DNA from: Podarcis filfolensis
Taxonomy: Eukaryota
NCBI GenBank assembly: GCA_964270895.1
Contig: OZ185450.1
DNA: 64,000 nucleotides
Reading direction: 5' to 3' (one strand)
Positions 60,638 to 64,000 of the stretch are shown piece after piece (within the stretch, counting starts at the first letter, position 1; each line of letters opens with the position of its first letter). The notes under the pieces were generated by a model. That model was not told the DNA's origin. It ran no database searches and was given only the letters and a program-made list of their open reading frames with translations. The position numbers were made by a program, and so were the translations under genes.

Positions 60638-63600
60638 CTAGAAAGAAAGAAGTGAAGAAGCATCAGGAAAGCAGCCCTTGATGGCCCCCAGGATTAAGCT
60701 GAGGGCACCAGGTTCTGCCACTGATCTTTTTTATCTAATCCAATCTAATCTAATCTATCTATGCATTTTTGCACTCAAGTGCCACAAAGGCAGCCACACC
60801 GATAAAACAAAGCCATTACACTCAGCAGCAAAACAAAACAGAATAAAACTACTCAACTGACAGTGCATTTGAAAGGAAAAGCGCTACTGTACCTAGTCCA
60901 CTTGAAAGAGGATTGCAACAGGGATTGCCATCTCTAGCTACCTTCCCAGTTAAACACAACATGCCTGGGTGAATAAGAAAGGTTTTGCCTGGTGCCTAAA
61001 AACAGCCAGTGACTGTGCCAGGCATGCTCTCCTGGGGGAGCATTCCACAAACAGGGAGCTATCACGGAACAAGCCCCTTATTGAGTTGGCATATGAAGCC
61101 GGGACTCAGACAATGTCCAGGTTGGTTCATGCGGGGAGAGGCAGTCCTGGAGGAGCTATGAACTCCTAATCTGTGGAGACCCGTTTTAAAAATGAATATA
61201 TAAGCCAAGGAACCTTACACGCAGGCTCCAACAGCGCGCCAGCAGGGGGCGCTATAACTCAGCCAAACAGGATAGCACTCTCTCCCCACAAAACCCGGAC
61301 CCTGAGAACTTTATTGCTGTTACTCTCAATACAACAGAAGCTGCAAACGAGAACTGTATGTACTTGTCTCGCATGTCTCAGTAATGAGCGCCCACTTTAA
61401 ACAAGAGTAGAAATGAGTAGGACAAAGCAAGCGCCTTCTGCGGTTTCAGAGCCACATTATTCTGGGCCCGTCGTGCAAAAGCCAATTTTAATTTGTGCTG
61501 TAAAGATAATCATGCTGGGAAACGGTTTGGGGTAGAAGCAGCACAAGATCAAGTACCAGGGCTAAGTGACAAACTATAAATTAACATCATCAGATCTAGT
61601 TGGCACAGATATGAAATTATTGCTCCTCCAACAAAATGTGCAATCTTCACTCAAACTTCCCTCTTGTAAGATAGCAAATCTGGCACCATTTTAAAAAAGG
61701 AATCTGGGGGAGTTCGAAAGTTTCAGATCCTTTAACTTGGCTTCTGTCCCAGGTAAAGTGGCCGAAAGCATGGCACTAAAGCTGGAATCATTAAAACGAA
61801 GAGCAGGCTTTGGCAAGGAAGAATCAGCACGACTTCCAAACAGGAAGCTTATCATACCTGGCATTCGTTGAGGCCACACCTTAATGAAAGCAAAAGATAA
61901 AAACCCCACGGCCCGCCTAATTACTATATATGAATTTTGGAAAAGACTGGAATATTATGAGAATTGAAATTTGTATTTCCCCCCCCCCCACTTATATTGT
62001 ACACATATTGGGGGGAAACCCTGACACCCCCACCCAAGTATTTATATATGCCTACCTGGTTGAGAAACACCTGTCTAAAATCAGGGATTGTTACAGAGGA
62101 GCTCATCCCAACCTACACTCTGCACACACCCCAGAATTACATTATCAGTATTGTCATTATTTTGCTCAGCAGGTGGCAGTGCACTGAGCACAGAACACAG
62201 AGAAAAAGCAAGTCTGGGTGCTGACTGCATGTATCATACACCAGTTACTGTCAGAGTGGGACCTGGGAGACCAGGGTCCGAATCCCCACTCAGCCGTGAA
62301 GCTCACTGGGTGCCCTTGCTCACTCTCTGCCTAACCTACAGGGAATAAATGAGGAGGGGGAGAAGCATGTAGGCCACCTTGAGCTGCTTGGAGAAAAAGC
62401 TGCAGTGTAAATTAGCCCCAGAGAGCAAAAACAAATCCTGGTATTGTATTGTGGCATCCACAGTGACTCAGCAATCAAACCTATTGTTCTGGAGTGTCCT
62501 CTCTGTCCAGGCCTGAGCTCAAACATATGAAAATAATTGTGAGATTACAGCTAGCACACAAGCAAAGCCTAAAGTGTGATGCAGCTGCAAAAGGCAATAG
62601 GCACATGTGATTCAAAGTAAAAAGAACCACATTTCCAAGCCATGAGAATCAATGGTGTCACTTTAATCCACACTAGCTACACCTCCTCCGGCACACAATG
62701 TATCCCTCTGGTGCCACACTTTCTAAAAAAGTATAGTCCGGGGTGTCCAACCTGAGGCCCTTGAGTTGTTTCTGAACTTCAACTTCCACCAGCCCCAGCC
62801 GTCAGAGTCAGGGATGATGGGAGTTGTGGTTCAGCACTATCTGGAGAGCTACAGGTTCCCCATTTCTGAAACAGAGAAAGTGGAATGGGTTCAGGAAGAA
62901 GACAATAAAGATGGTCAGAGGTATAAAAATAAGTCCTTAGATTGTGGAGGGTGGAAACATGATAGAACTCTTCAAATCCTCCAACAGTGATCACACAGAA
63001 GAGGACACATCCGCACCATACATTTAAAGCACATCCACACCACTTTAACAGTTCATTTATCAAGGAGCTACAGTTTGCAGCAGCCTACAAACTACAGTTC
63101 CCAGGATTCTTTGAGGGAAAGCCATTCTCAAGTCCACCCACCTCACCCAACAACCCTATGATTCAAATGCTAATTATCGCATTAGTGCTTTTTGGAATCT
63201 GTGTCCGAGCGCATGATCACGACATTGAGCATCTCAGGACAGCAAGACTCTGGATGCAATTCAAGCTACTTGGCTGGAAGGAAGAACCAACGCTGCCCGT
63301 GCCGACTGGACTTGTCCCAACAGCCTAATGTCAGCCTGAGCAATGCAGATCACTGTCATTCTGTGCAAATGCTCATTAGGTCTCGCTTCCCTGCTCATTA
63401 AACATGTCTGAAAATGTACCTGCTCTCAAAGCTTACAAGTTTTGTGTGCATGTGCTAATGATGTTCCACCAAGGTACAGCCAAAGGTATACAGTCAGGCT
63501 ATGCCATGGTCTCTGGTGCTCCAGCTCTTTAGTGGCAAAGCTAGGAACTCACTAGCCCGCCAAGAAATCTCCACCTTGCTGTTTTAATTGCTTAAGGCAA

Positions 63601-64000
63601 TGCTTAATAGTCACCTGGATTGTTTCTACTGGTTCAGGCCTGGGCTGTTTAAGTTGCCGTGAAATCAAAGCGGAGGCCCAGCAAGTCTACTCAAGCCCCA
63701 CAGAGCTGCTTGCTTGCGTCTCTCCTTTGAAGAACGGCATTCCAACCTGGAGCACAAAACCACTCTGAGCGGCAGGACACCATCTCTCCCGCTGCAGTCT
63801 CACAGCTCTGCCTCAGCGAGAGAGAAGAGGGGGTTCCCACCACTTTGCCACTGTCAACAGCGAGGTGCAAATCCAGGCTCCCTTACTAACACAAGTACAG
63901 CAAATCCCACTTCAACACAACCACCTATTTTCAGGGATGAAAAAAGGATGCAATTCTAATCCCAGAAGATTGTCTCATTTGCTGCAAAGAAAAATGCAAG

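Noticed and set aside
60638-64000. SLC25A37 exon 1
   Set aside because: No GC-rich exon encoding the N-terminal ...EHSVMYPVDSVK-like segment is present; intron 1 extends beyond the window.

Overview
Vertebrate genomic DNA, most likely a squamate and probably a lacertid lizard, inferred from the repeats (Sauria SINEs, BovB, CR1, L2, L1, many MITEs). It contains the complete two-exon homeobox gene NKX3-1 on the + strand (CDS 14188-14383 and 15583-15992, 201 aa, CpG island and TATA box). Convergent on the - strand are exons 2-4 of the mitochondrial iron importer SLC25A37/mitoferrin-1 (60637-60409, 57553-57497, 56112-55592). Exon 1 lies beyond the right edge, and the 3'UTR probably runs about 6.3 kb. 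This tail-to-tail arrangement matches the human locus. The most unusual zone is about 7.6-13.6 kb, just upstream of NKX3-1. There, two near-identical LTR-like repeats bracket a 5 kb segment containing internally duplicated minus-strand exon/intron-like modules and a captured internal fragment of 7SK snRNA. The LTR-like repeats carry a stop-free acidic-then-basic reading frame, an architecture also seen in an unrelated LTR-like element at 31.5 kb. Other items: a PPIA retrocopy nested in an L1 3' end, a weak donor plus strong cryptic acceptor in SLC25A37 intron 2, and loss of several mammalian degradation phosphosites in NKX3-1. All alignments and family calls were made by eye or from recalled consensus sequences; no database search was run, and TE boundaries without TSDs are approximate.
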